Positions 39,992 to 49,176 of a stretch of DNA of 64,000 nt are shown here, in pieces. The stretch is from Solirubrobacteraceae bacterium. GTDB lineage: Bacteria; Actinomycetota; Thermoleophilia; Solirubrobacterales; Solirubrobacteraceae. A program made the position numbers and the translations under genes. Numbering within the stretch: position 1 is the first letter of the stretch; every line of letters begins with the position of its first letter. The notes below the pieces were generated by a model that ran no database searches, was not told the DNA's origin, and saw only the letters and a program-made list of their open reading frames with translations. The stretch covers positions 3,338 to 67,337 of the forward strand of contig DATHLT010000005.1 of assembly GCA_035487855.1 (NCBI GenBank), in the 5' to 3' direction.

Positions 39992-40119
39992 TTGCACGTG
40001 CAAGCAACTAATCCGTCGCGACGTTGTCACCGGCCAGCCGCAGGCGCAGCTAACGAGCGCGACCAGGACCTAGATCGAGATCATGCAGACAATCGTCTGC
40101 AGCATGTGAGACCATCTCA
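39992..40119. promoter_or_regulatory. Palindrome cluster in the divergent DsbA/HTH intergenic region (putative operators)
   Basis: TTGCACGTGCAA 39992-40003; TGCAGAC-N4-GTCTGCA 40084-40101; TGAGA-N3-TCTCA 40107-40119. Confidence 0.45.
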
Positions 40120-40121
40120 AG

Positions 40122-40469
40122 ATGACAAAGAACGAGCAGCAACAGCCAATCTCAATCACCCTCTACCCCACCCAGATCGACGCGATCGTAAGAGCCGCTG
40201 CTCGCAGCCGTGCTCCGAGCGTCTCGACCTTAATCGGCGGCTACATGCCCCCGGACACGGACGACCCGCGCATATCGCGTTCACTACTGCGGGGACTGTC
40301 GATCCTGACGTGCTTCAGCCCGGATGGCGACCCTCGTGGAATCCTCGAATTGGCACGAGAGCTCGATTTGAGTCCAAGCACTGCACATCGCTATGCAATT
40401 ACGCTCGTCGAGTTGGGGCTGTTGGAGCGCTGCCCAAAGACACGCAAGTACCGGCTGCCGGGTACCTAG
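40122..40469 (+). CDS. Small DNA-binding protein with an IclR-type winged HTH only (no effector domain)
   Basis: SRSLLRGLSILTCFS...GILELARELDLSPSTAHRYAITLVELGLLER...KYRL. Confidence 0.8.
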   Translation: MTKNEQQQPISITLYPTQIDAIVRAAARSRAPSVSTLIGGYMPPDTDDPRISRSLLRGLSILTCFSPDGDPRGILELARELDLSPSTAHRYAITLVELGLLERCPKTRKYRLPGT

Positions 40470-40490
40470 CGATAGCCGAAACCCTAGATT

Positions 40491-40529
40491 CGGTCGGTAC
40501 CCGCGCGCATGACGAGCGGGTACCGACCG
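40491..40529. terminator. 14-bp perfect hairpin downstream of the IclR-HTH gene
   Basis: CGGTCGGTACCCGC (40491-40504) / GCGGGTACCGACCG (40516-40529), 11-nt loop; no U-tract. Confidence 0.55.
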
Positions 40530-40611
40530 GCCAGCGCCGTCTGTGGGGATGGCGTGACAGCAGCAAGATACCAGCAGCTTGCTGTCTGGCTATTGCTACG
40601 GACGAGATGCG

Positions 40612-40866
40612 ATGTTTCTGATTGTGTCCGCACCCTCGCAGGCAGACCCCGCCCTCGCAGCCACTCTCAGGCGCCTTCGCATCGAGCGCGGGGAGACCCA
40701 GGAGGACCTTGCACACCGCGCAGGTTTGACGGTCGCTGCCTTCGCGCGGATCGAGCGTGGCAACGCCAATCCAACGTGGACGACAGTGAGACGAATAGCT
40801 GTAGCCCTGGGAATCAGCCTGGCGACGCTGGCGGAGGCAGTAGAACGCACCAAGCCCCGTCGCTGA
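40612..40866 (+). CDS. XRE-family HTH transcriptional regulator
   Basis: LRRLRIERGETQEDLAHRAGLTVAAFARIERGNANPTWTTVRRIAVALG. Confidence 0.9.
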   Translation: MFLIVSAPSQADPALAATLRRLRIERGETQEDLAHRAGLTVAAFARIERGNANPTWTTVRRIAVALGISLATLAEAVERTKPRR

Positions 40867-40882
40867 GCGCTGCGCGCCGGCG

Positions 40883-41746
40883 TTAGGCGCCCATCCCACC
40901 CAGCACGCGAACTGGCTCGGGGGCCTCGAGCGCACGCAGGTGCTCGTCCACGCGACGCACCCATTCCTCGGATATCGCATCCGCCTGCACCGACAGGCGC
41001 GGCGCCGTTACAGCAAGATCCGCGGGCACGGGGATGCCGAGGTGCTCGAGCACGCGGCGCACGACCTCATCAGTGCTCTCAGCGAGCTCCTCATAGGTGA
41101 GCTTCAGCGGCTCATACCCAAGCCCCAGGAAGTAAGCGTCCCACGAGGCATCATGGGCAGTGAGCAGGCGCACCAAGTAGTTGATCGCGCGGAAGGAGAA
41201 GACCAGCTCCACCGGGCGCTCATCCTCCCCGGGCTCTCGCTTCCAGGTTTGAGTCTGCACGGCCTTCCACAGTGAGACGGCCTGTCTGATCTTGTTCTCG
41301 CGCGTGATCTGGATGTAGCGCAACCCAGGAAAGGCGCGACCGAGCAGCTCCGGCAGCGGCCTGTCAGCCATCCCCTCGATCCCGCGCAGCAGTTGCGCGA
41401 AGTCACCGAGATACCCCCACATGAGCTTGGCGCCGAAGACCCCGTTGGGGGTAGTGCCCCGCTCGAGCGCCCACGCGAGGTAGCGGTCATAGGTGTCCGG
41501 ATGCCACAGCGGATTCGGCTTGGCGTCCCCATCGGGCATCTCACGAAAGGCGAGCCGCTCGACGATGTTCGCGTGGCGTTGAGGGTCAAAGTACTCATGC
41601 GGCCGGCGAGGAAGCCCGGAGCGGCTCAGCGCCTCGAAGTACTCATCGGGGTGCCCGGCCACTCCGGTCGCATCGAGCGCATGGCAGAGTAGGGTGCTGC
41701 CGCTTCGCGGCGTCGCACAAACCAGGTAGGCAAGCATCGGCGTCAT
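40883..41746 (-). CDS. Stf0-family PAPS-dependent sulfotransferase
   Basis: YLVCATPRSGSTLLC (5'-PSB), G.P.EYF, TPNGVFGAKLMW, RENKIRQAVSLWKAVQT, LTYEEL. Confidence 0.88.
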   Translation of the reverse strand: MTPMLAYLVCATPRSGSTLLCHALDATGVAGHPDEYFEALSRSGLPRRPHEYFDPQRHANIVERLAFREMPDGDAKPNPLWHPDTYDRYLAWALERGTTPNGVFGAKLMWGYLGDFAQLLRGIEGMADRPLPELLGRAFPGLRYIQITRENKIRQAVSLWKAVQTQTWKREPGEDERPVELVFSFRAINYLVRLLTAHDASWDAYFLGLGYEPLKLTYEELAESTDEVVRRVLEHLGIPVPADLAVTAPRLSVQADAISEEWVRRVDEHLRALEAPEPVRVLGGMGA

Positions 41747-41790
41747 CGCAGAGACCCAAGCAAATTCATAGTCTTAGTGAACAATACTCC

Positions 41791-43095
41791 GTGATGGGCT
41801 TCCCGAACATCCTCTACCTGCATTCGCATGACACCGGGCGCTACGTGCAGCCCTATGGCGAGCAGGTGCCGATGCCCAATGTGCAGGCGCTCGCCGATCA
41901 GGGTGTGCTCTTCCGCCAGGCGTTCTGCGCGGCGCCAACGTGCTCCGCCAGCCGCGCTTGCCTGTTGACAGGCCAGTACGGCCAAAGCAACGGAATGCTC
42001 GGCCTGGCCCATCGCGGATGGTCGTTGCGTGATTACCGCCACCACATCGTGAACGTGCTTCGTGGCGCCGGCTATACCTCGACGTTGATCGGCGAGCAGC
42101 ACATCTCCAAGGAGCCCGAGGTGATCGGCTACGACGAGGTGTTGAAGATCCCCACCACTCGCGTTGAGACGGTCGCGCCGCTGGCGATGGAGGTACTGCG
42201 ACGCAAGCACGAGCGGCCGCTGTTCGTGTCGATTGGCTTCTTCGAGACACATCGAGAATTCCTCGGTCCAGGCTCGCTCAGGGACGTGCACTACTCAAAG
42301 CCCCCGAACAACCTGCCGGACACGCCGGAGGTGCGTGCAGACGTGGCGGCGTTCAAGGCGAGCGCCCGCTCCCTGGACCACGGTGTGGGCATGGTGCTCA
42401 ACCAACTGGACGCATCCGGCCTGTCCGAGAACACGCTGATCATCTTCACCACCGACCACGGGATGCCGTTCCCGGGCGCCAAGGCGACGCTGTATGACCG
42501 TGGTCTCGGCGTAACGCTGATCCTGCGCGGCCCCGAGCCCTTCCACGGCGGGCGCGTGATCGACTCGCTCGTGTCACACATCGACATCTATCCCACCGTG
42601 TGTGAGTACCTTGGCATCGAGCGCCCAACGTTCCTCGAAGGCGTTTCGCTACTGCCATTGCTGCGCGGTGAGACGACGAGCGTGCGCGATGAGATCTTCG
42701 CCGGCTCGACGTGGCACGCCGCGTATGAGCCTCAGCGCGCGATCCGAACAGCGCGTCACAAGTACATCCGCCGCTGGGGCGATCGTAAGACGCCCGTCCT
42801 ACCCAACACCGACGATGGTCCCAGCAAGGATGTGTTGCTGGGCGCCGGCTGGGCCAAGCGAGAGATCCCCAAAGAGCAGCTCTACGACCTCCTATTCGAC
42901 CCCAATGAGGCTGACAACCTCGTCTCTGACCCGGCTCACGCGCCGCTGGTCGAGGATCTTCGCGCTCGCCTGGGCGCGTGGATGCGTGAAACCGATGATC
43001 CACTTCTTGCCGGCCACGTCGATCCGCCCTCGGGCGTGGAAATCAACCTTCCCGATCAGCTATCGGCAACCGAACCGACGACCCGCATCGACTGA
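41791..43095 (+). CDS. Formylglycine-dependent sulfatase (SGSH-like)
   Basis: PNILYLHSHDTG, FCAAPTCSASRACLLTG, FTTDHG, KATLYDRGLGV, SHIDIYPT, QLYDL..DPNE..NL. Confidence 0.92.
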   Translation: MMGFPNILYLHSHDTGRYVQPYGEQVPMPNVQALADQGVLFRQAFCAAPTCSASRACLLTGQYGQSNGMLGLAHRGWSLRDYRHHIVNVLRGAGYTSTLIGEQHISKEPEVIGYDEVLKIPTTRVETVAPLAMEVLRRKHERPLFVSIGFFETHREFLGPGSLRDVHYSKPPNNLPDTPEVRADVAAFKASARSLDHGVGMVLNQLDASGLSENTLIIFTTDHGMPFPGAKATLYDRGLGVTLILRGPEPFHGGRVIDSLVSHIDIYPTVCEYLGIERPTFLEGVSLLPLLRGETTSVRDEIFAGSTWHAAYEPQRAIRTARHKYIRRWGDRKTPVLPNTDDGPSKDVLLGAGWAKREIPKEQLYDLLFDPNEADNLVSDPAHAPLVEDLRARLGAWMRETDDPLLAGHVDPPSGVEINLPDQLSATEPTTRID

Positions 43096-43121
43096 GCGTG
43101 TCCCGGGATCGGCGTGTCTTT

Positions 43122-43946
43122 TCAGTCCACTGTGAGCCGAGGAACGCGCCGCTCGAGAAAGTCGACGAGCGAGCGAGCTGCCGGCTGCGGCTGATCGTCC
43201 CATACGAAATGCCCCGCCCCGTCGAAGATCGCGAGCTCTGAGCCAGGAATCTCATCGTGGAAGCGATGTGCCATCGCCACACCGGCGAAGCGATCCTCCC
43301 CACCCCAGATGATCAGTGCGGGGACGTCTAGCTTGGCAAGTGCGCCCTCATAGGGGACGAGCTTCTCGAACTCCCCGGAGCGATAGAGCGCTAGCTGAGC
43401 AAGACGTCGCCTGTCGTCTGCAAATGCCTTCCAATACTCGGCGATCGCCTCGTCGTCCATACCGCTCGAAACCGCTCGCATCGCCGCGGCGAAGCCATCG
43501 CGGGTGTAGGCGTGGATCAGCTTCTCGCCCTCGCCTGGTGTGCGCATCACGTTCGCGAGGTCGTGCCAGCGACGGTCCGAGAAGAAGCCGCCGTCGGAGA
43601 TTACGGTGGCGCTGATTGAACCAGGGTGATCGCATGCCCAGCGCAGCCCGATCGGCACGCCCCAATCGTGTGTGACGAGCACCACCGGCCCCAACCCGAG
43701 CTCGTCAACGAAGCGTTGCAGTGCCTGCATATGCTCCTCCCATGTCCCTGACTCGCCGGGCTCGGAGTCGCCATAGCCAGGCAGGTCGGGAGCGAGCGCG
43801 CGCCAGCCCCCATCGGCAAGGGGCGCGAGCGTGCCATGCCACATATAGGAGGACTCCGGGTAGCCGTGCACCAGCAGCACCGCAGGGTCTGACGGGCTTC
43901 CCGCCTGTCGATAGGCCAGGCCGGCTGCTCGTGCAAGGCCGCTCAC
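43122..43946 (-). CDS. Alpha/beta hydrolase (haloalkane dehalogenase/epoxide hydrolase-like)
   Basis: LVHGYPESSYMW, APDLPGYGDS, THDWG nucleophile elbow, GAGHFVWDD. Confidence 0.88.
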   Translation of the reverse strand: MSGLARAAGLAYRQAGSPSDPAVLLVHGYPESSYMWHGTLAPLADGGWRALAPDLPGYGDSEPGESGTWEEHMQALQRFVDELGLGPVVLVTHDWGVPIGLRWACDHPGSISATVISDGGFFSDRRWHDLANVMRTPGEGEKLIHAYTRDGFAAAMRAVSSGMDDEAIAEYWKAFADDRRRLAQLALYRSGEFEKLVPYEGALAKLDVPALIIWGGEDRFAGVAMAHRFHDEIPGSELAIFDGAGHFVWDDQPQPAARSLVDFLERRVPRLTVD

Positions 43947-44027
43947 GCGCCTGAGTGTAGAGCCCGTGTGGCCCACCCGGTACCCGCCTCGAGCACCTAG
44001 CGCGGCGAGTTGGGTTACGGTCTGTAG

Positions 44028-45275
44028 ATGAGCTCCCCCACCGTCCAGAGCGACCATAAACTTTCACAGCCGCCCTGGCTCGCAGCGGAGCTCCGGACGG
44101 TGGTCCGCGAGCTCGCGAGCTTTCCGCGAGCATCAGCCTCGCCCGGCGAGCGTCGCGCCGCCGAGTGGATCGCCGAGCGTATTCGCGAGCACGGGCACGA
44201 CGCGAGCCTCGAGGTGGAGCGCGCGCACGGTGGCTACTGGTGGCCGCTGGGCCTGCTCAACGGTGCTGTGGCAGCAGCGGGACTGACCGCACGTCGCTCG
44301 CGCTCACGGGGTATACGCCTCCTGGCAGGCGCCGTCGGCGCCGGCGCCACGGCAGCCATCTGGGATGAATTGGGCGGCGGGCGGCTGTGGTTTCGCCGTG
44401 CCGCGCTGCCGCATCGAGACACCTACAACGTGATCGCTGAGGCAGGCGACCGCGACGCCGCAGAGACGCTAGTGGTGGTGGGCCACCACGACGCCGCCCA
44501 CGGCGGACTGGTCTTTCACCCATTCCTGCCGGAGTGGTTCGCAGAGCACTTCCCCGAGCAGCTGGAGCGCTCCAATCAGACCGTGCCGATCATGTACGCG
44601 ACCTGGCTTGGGCCGGTGCTCGTGGCATTGGGTGCGCTCATCAGACGCAGAGGCCTGTTGCGCGCAGGCTCCTGGCTCGGTGCCGCAAGCGCGGCGGCGA
44701 TGGTGGACATCGCCCGTAGCGATGTGGTTCCGGGCGCCAACGACAACCTGAGCGCGGTTGCTGTGCTGCTTGCCCTGGCGCGCTCGCTCGGCGAGCGCCC
44801 GGTGGCCGGCGTACGGGTGTTGCTGCTGTCGACCGGCTCGGAGGAGTCGTTCATGGAGGGCATGCAGGGCTTCATGCGCCGCCACGGCGCAGACCTCGAT
44901 CCAGCCCACACGACGGTGCTGTGCCTCGAGTGCGTGGGCAGCCCCACGCTTACCCTGATCGAGGCCGAGGGCATGCTGCGGATGCGCCTCTACAGCGAGT
45001 CGGCACGCGCACGCGTCGCCGCTGCGGCGCAGGCGGTTGACGTGCAGCTCGTGCGCGGGCTGCGCACGGTGCTCGCCACCGACGCGCTCGTGGCGCTACG
45101 TCGCGGCTACGCAGCCGTCACGCTCGCGTCGATCGACGCGACAAAGTTCCCTTCCAACTACCACTCGCCCAGAGACACACCCGAGAACATCCACTGGGAC
45201 ACGATCGAGCGCGCCTTCGCCATTACCGAGCGCTTCGTGCGCGCCGGCGATCCGACAGCCGGCAGACCGCTCTGA
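44028..45275 (+). CDS. M28-family Zn metallopeptidase with membrane segments
   Basis: VVGHHDAA, PGANDNLSAVA, TGSEESFMEG, LECVG, NYHSPRDT. Confidence 0.85.
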   Translation: MSSPTVQSDHKLSQPPWLAAELRTVVRELASFPRASASPGERRAAEWIAERIREHGHDASLEVERAHGGYWWPLGLLNGAVAAAGLTARRSRSRGIRLLAGAVGAGATAAIWDELGGGRLWFRRAALPHRDTYNVIAEAGDRDAAETLVVVGHHDAAHGGLVFHPFLPEWFAEHFPEQLERSNQTVPIMYATWLGPVLVALGALIRRRGLLRAGSWLGAASAAAMVDIARSDVVPGANDNLSAVAVLLALARSLGERPVAGVRVLLLSTGSEESFMEGMQGFMRRHGADLDPAHTTVLCLECVGSPTLTLIEAEGMLRMRLYSESARARVAAAAQAVDVQLVRGLRTVLATDALVALRRGYAAVTLASIDATKFPSNYHSPRDTPENIHWDTIERAFAITERFVRAGDPTAGRPL

Positions 45276-45285
45276 TCTGCGGTAG

Positions 45286-45762
45286 TCACTCGCTCCACCA
45301 CAGGTCGTCCTCGGCCGCTTGTTGCTCAATCTGCTCTAGCGTGAGATCGGTCTGACGGTCCTCGACCATCGTCTGCAGCGCTTGGCCGATCGTCGGCGCC
45401 CACACCCGTCGTGCGACCGCGATCCTGCCCGACTCCTCCTCAAACTGCTTCCATTCCAGCTCGATCAAGGGCACGCGCGCGGGCGGTGCATCAGCCGGCA
45501 CGGGGGCACCCCATCCATACACCGTGATCTGCGCTTGCCAACCATACGGGCACAGCTCGCCCATCACGGCCAGCGCCTGCCACTGGTCGTTTACGGGCTT
45601 CGGGCGGCGATTGCGCCGGCGTAGGTAGACGACAACGAACCCCAATGCAATCGCCATCGCGGCGATTAGCGCTCCGATCACGAGCGTTTCATAACCGGGC
45701 GCCGGCGCATGCCCTCCCTGAACGCCGCTGGCGATGATCGGAGTGGCGGTGGCAAGGCTCAT
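45286..45762 (-). CDS. Hypothetical protein with one N-terminal TM helix
   Basis: LVIGALIAAMAIALGFVVVYL followed by RRRNRR; 158-aa ORF with typical codon usage. Confidence 0.65.
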   Translation of the reverse strand: MSLATATPIIASGVQGGHAPAPGYETLVIGALIAAMAIALGFVVVYLRRRNRRPKPVNDQWQALAVMGELCPYGWQAQITVYGWGAPVPADAPPARVPLIELEWKQFEEESGRIAVARRVWAPTIGQALQTMVEDRQTDLTLEQIEQQAAEDDLWWSE

Positions 45763-45983
45763 GGCGCACTCAACTTCCCGCCCGATCCGGCCGGAGGAAG
45801 CAGATGCAACCCGCTCGCTTTCATCGTCCCTCCACAGTACCCACTCTGACGCCGGTCACACGCCGGATGTGGCCTCCATATCAGTGGCGGGAAACTACGG
45901 CACTTATTTGCGCGGGCACTGGGCGAACGTCTCTGACTCTTTCACCCAGAAGCGGTCATTGCTCGCCGGAACAGGCCGGCGTC

Positions 45984-46283
45984 TCACACAGAACAAGGAC
46001 GTGAGCGGCGGTCTATGCCGACTTCGGTGATGCCCGCCGAGGTGATCTTGATCCGCGTGGGCACGTTCCCGCGCTCGAGCAGCTTACGCAGCACCGACTC
46101 CCCCTTGGACTGAATGCCCGATCGCAGCGGCTCGTCAAACGCCTCGGCGCGTAGCGAGCTGGCGATCTGGACATACACATGCTGCTCAGCCCGATCGTTG
46201 AGAACCTTCCAGCGGTACATGTCGCCGTCGCGGGGGATCGGGATCGGAGTGGGACCGTCGATGATCTCAAGATCGCTTGGCAT
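45984..46283 (-). CDS. Hypothetical 99-aa soluble protein
   Basis: Globular composition; TACTCT -10-like box 4 nt upstream of the ATG. Confidence 0.55.
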   Translation of the reverse strand: MPSDLEIIDGPTPIPIPRDGDMYRWKVLNDRAEQHVYVQIASSLRAEAFDEPLRSGIQSKGESVLRKLLERGNVPTRIKITSAGITEVGIDRRSRPCSV

Positions 46284-46401
46284 GGCGAGAGTATCGATTA
46301 CCGCACCGCCGCGGAGAAGGGCCGATTGGCCAGTTTCACTGCCTGGGCGTTTGGACAGATGCTCAGTTGCGCACGCACCGAGTTACGGCGGCTACCGGTG
46401 G

Positions 46402-47622
46402 TTAGTCAAGCTGAAACTGGCCGTCGCGGTAGATGACCCGCTGCTCGCCACCCGGCAAGGTCGCTGTCACAACACGCTCGGTGGTCGAGACGATGTCAGT
46501 GTGAACACTCGAGTTGTTGAAGCCGAGTCGCTGCCATTCCTCGTCGCTGACCAACGCCGGGTCACCATCGAATGCATCCTGATAGGAACGTCCCACTGCT
46601 ATGTGGGTGTTGCCGAAGGTGCCGCCGACGTTCTCGTCATACAGCGTCTGGGCCATGAAGCGGGTAATCCGCGAGAAGCGACGATCGGTGAGCGAGAACT
46701 CCCCCACGCGATCGGCCCCCTCGGTGGCAATCATCTCCTTAAGGATCTGCTCGTTGCTCTCAGCGCTGGCCTTGGTTACCCGCCCGTCGACAAACTCAAG
46801 ACGGATGCCCTCGACGAGATTCCCATAGCGATACAGCGGCTGGTTGCAGTAGATCCATCCTTCGGTGCCACGCCAGTCAGGGCTGGTGAAGAGCTCGAAG
46901 CTGGGGATATTGCGCCCGCGTCCTCCCAGCCACCGCCGCTGCTCGCCGACACTCACCCACAAGTCGACGTCCTCGCCCTCGATGTGCAGCCGCTCGATCC
47001 TCAGCGCATCGAGTCGCTGGCGGGTGTCATCCAGGCGCTGTCCAATCTCGCGCCAGCGCGCCACGGGGTCCTCGTCGTCGAGGAAGCACGCGTGCACGAT
47101 CTGCTCCCAGTACTCCTCGAGCTCCATGCCCGCCTCGCCTGCCATCCCGGACGTTCCGTAGAGACCGAGCGTCCAGGTAAAACGCCCTGCGTTCTCCTTC
47201 TCTCCACGCCAGTCGAGCAACGGACGCATCGCCTCACCGCGGCGCATGATCCGTGCCGGGTCGGCGCCATCCAGGGCACGTGGATCGCTGGGAGCGATGA
47301 CCGTCACCTGGTGGTCGATCTCATCGATCAGGCCACGCGTGTAGTGCGCGGGGAAGTGCTCGAGCTGCTCCGCCCTGGCAAGTTCGTAGAAATCGCGGGA
47401 GAGGTTGGCAACGTGATCGTCGTCGGGCTGGTAGGAGCCGATGACATGGCCGCCGGCACGCCATACCGCCCTGTTGAGCGCCGCATACAGAGGCTTCGCG
47501 CTCTCCGGCGCAACCACACGAACCACCTCGCCTTGCTGCACGCCACGGCCACCGCCAAGGGCAAAGTCGATCAGTATCGAGGCGTAGCGCTCGAGGATCT
47601 CTGGCGGCGGGACGTAGGCCAT
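46402..47622 (-). CDS. M29-family aminopeptidase (AmpS/AmpT-like)
   Basis: NIPSFELFTSP, GEFSLTD, LYDENVGG..GNTHIAVG, FNNSSVHTDIV. Confidence 0.9.
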   Translation of the reverse strand: MAYVPPPEILERYASILIDFALGGGRGVQQGEVVRVVAPESAKPLYAALNRAVWRAGGHVIGSYQPDDDHVANLSRDFYELARAEQLEHFPAHYTRGLIDEIDHQVTVIAPSDPRALDGADPARIMRRGEAMRPLLDWRGEKENAGRFTWTLGLYGTSGMAGEAGMELEEYWEQIVHACFLDDEDPVARWREIGQRLDDTRQRLDALRIERLHIEGEDVDLWVSVGEQRRWLGGRGRNIPSFELFTSPDWRGTEGWIYCNQPLYRYGNLVEGIRLEFVDGRVTKASAESNEQILKEMIATEGADRVGEFSLTDRRFSRITRFMAQTLYDENVGGTFGNTHIAVGRSYQDAFDGDPALVSDEEWQRLGFNNSSVHTDIVSTTERVVTATLPGGEQRVIYRDGQFQLD

Positions 47623-47668
47623 GACTGAGCGCACGATAGTGCACCTCACTCCGGCTTCAAGGGCCGGT

Positions 47669-48184
47669 TCACAGCTTTGGGGGCGTGGCCTTGTGCGCCA
47701 GGTACCAGAGTTGGGAGATGCCTTCGTTCCATGATGTGCGCCCGCTGGCGAGCTTGCTCCGGTATTTCGCGAGCGTGACCGCCTCCGGCAGACGCGCATA
47801 GGAGCCCAACGACGACATCGCTGCGGCGAGTGCTTCGGCCCCTTCGGCCAGCTGCGTCTCAGCCCTTGGGACGTCTTCTTCTTCGACCCCTTCTTCACCC
47901 TGGCCGGCCACCTGCCAACCACTCACTTGCAGAAGACGGGTGTACATTTGCGAAGCGTCGGCGGCGAGCATTGTCAACTGTGATCGCGTCGGCGATGTGG
48001 ACAGGCGCGAGATCTCAAGCTCGACAGCCTTGGTGGCCACCGCGATGCCGGCGGCAGCTTTGGCGTGTTCTTCGTAGAAGCTCTTGGCACCCATCTGGGG
48101 GCTGCCCGACGCACAGCCGGCACACACTATGGCCGCAATCGTAAGGGTCACGCCGAAGCGCGGACGGAACTCGACGGTTGGCAC
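47669..48184 (-). CDS. Putative lipoprotein, alpha-helical
   Basis: Basic N-terminus, hydrophobic stretch, lipobox-like IVCAGC. Confidence 0.65.
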   Translation of the reverse strand: MPTVEFRPRFGVTLTIAAIVCAGCASGSPQMGAKSFYEEHAKAAAGIAVATKAVELEISRLSTSPTRSQLTMLAADASQMYTRLLQVSGWQVAGQGEEGVEEEDVPRAETQLAEGAEALAAAMSSLGSYARLPEAVTLAKYRSKLASGRTSWNEGISQLWYLAHKATPPKL

Positions 48185-48331
48185 GTGGGAACCCTATAGC
48201 CGTCAGGCGGCCTCGCGTGAGGCCGGTGTCAGCGGCGATAGCCACAACCGTGGCGCCCTCTGATGTTGGCGTCGGCTACCGTTCGCGACTGGGGGCTATC
48301 GCGGTCCCGTCCACGACCGCAAGGAGGTTGT

Positions 48332-49171
48332 ATGCACAGGAGATCCAGACGGTCCCTCGTAGGAGTTCTCGTGGCGCTGGGAGCTCTTGCGGCCTGTGCG
48401 CTGACCCCGGCGAACATCGGTGCAACCAGCGTCCAGCCGGCTCGGCTGCGGGCAGTGGAATTCTTTGCGCACAGCCAATACGGCAGCATCTCATGCGCGG
48501 TGTACGACGGCTACGGCGGTACGCCTGTTGCGTTCTGTGAGAGCGTCGGCCCTCACGGCGAATCGAAGACGACCCTAAATGCGAGCGGAGAAGTACAGAC
48601 GTGCTACTCGCACAGCACGCGGAGGAACAGCTGTGGGCTGGGCAACGCCGGCACACGTACGCCGACCTACGCCTATGGACATGCGGTCACAGTGGGACGC
48701 TTCCGCTGTGTGGTGCTGCGCAAGGGCGTGCAATGCACAGTGCGCGCGACGCAAGCGGGCTTTCTCTTCAACCCTCGTAGGACAAGCTCTGTAGGCGGCG
48801 CACACATCGCCCCCGCGCCGCTGCAGCTAAGTGAATTCCTGTCACCCGACCGCGACGTGTGGTGTGAGACGGGGACATTCTGCGGCACAGGGGCAGGGCC
48901 TGGGACTACAGCGAGCTCGCGCATAAGCCATGCCACGATCAGTGGTAACGGTGGGGTTACGATCTGCGCGTATGAACACAACGCCCCTCCTGGCTACTGC
49001 CTACAGAACTGGAACGAAAAAGCACCGGTTCTGCAGTACGGCCAGCAAGCCGAACTGGACGGCGTCCTCTGCACGTCTGCCACGGACGGGGTCACCTGCG
49101 TGAAGGTCGCTGAACCGGGCAAAGGCAAAGGTTTCAGGATCGACAAGACCGAAGCTGTTGAAATCGGCTAG
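48332..49171 (+). CDS. Secreted Cys-rich protein with two homologous domains (DUF6636-like)
   Basis: AAGGAGG RBS; signal peptide; two repeats of F...C...C...Y G...G..C....G..C...GF. Confidence 0.75.
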   Translation: MHRRSRRSLVGVLVALGALAACALTPANIGATSVQPARLRAVEFFAHSQYGSISCAVYDGYGGTPVAFCESVGPHGESKTTLNASGEVQTCYSHSTRRNSCGLGNAGTRTPTYAYGHAVTVGRFRCVVLRKGVQCTVRATQAGFLFNPRRTSSVGGAHIAPAPLQLSEFLSPDRDVWCETGTFCGTGAGPGTTASSRISHATISGNGGVTICAYEHNAPPGYCLQNWNEKAPVLQYGQQAELDGVLCTSATDGVTCVKVAEPGKGKGFRIDKTEAVEIG

Positions 49172-49176
49172 TGCTA

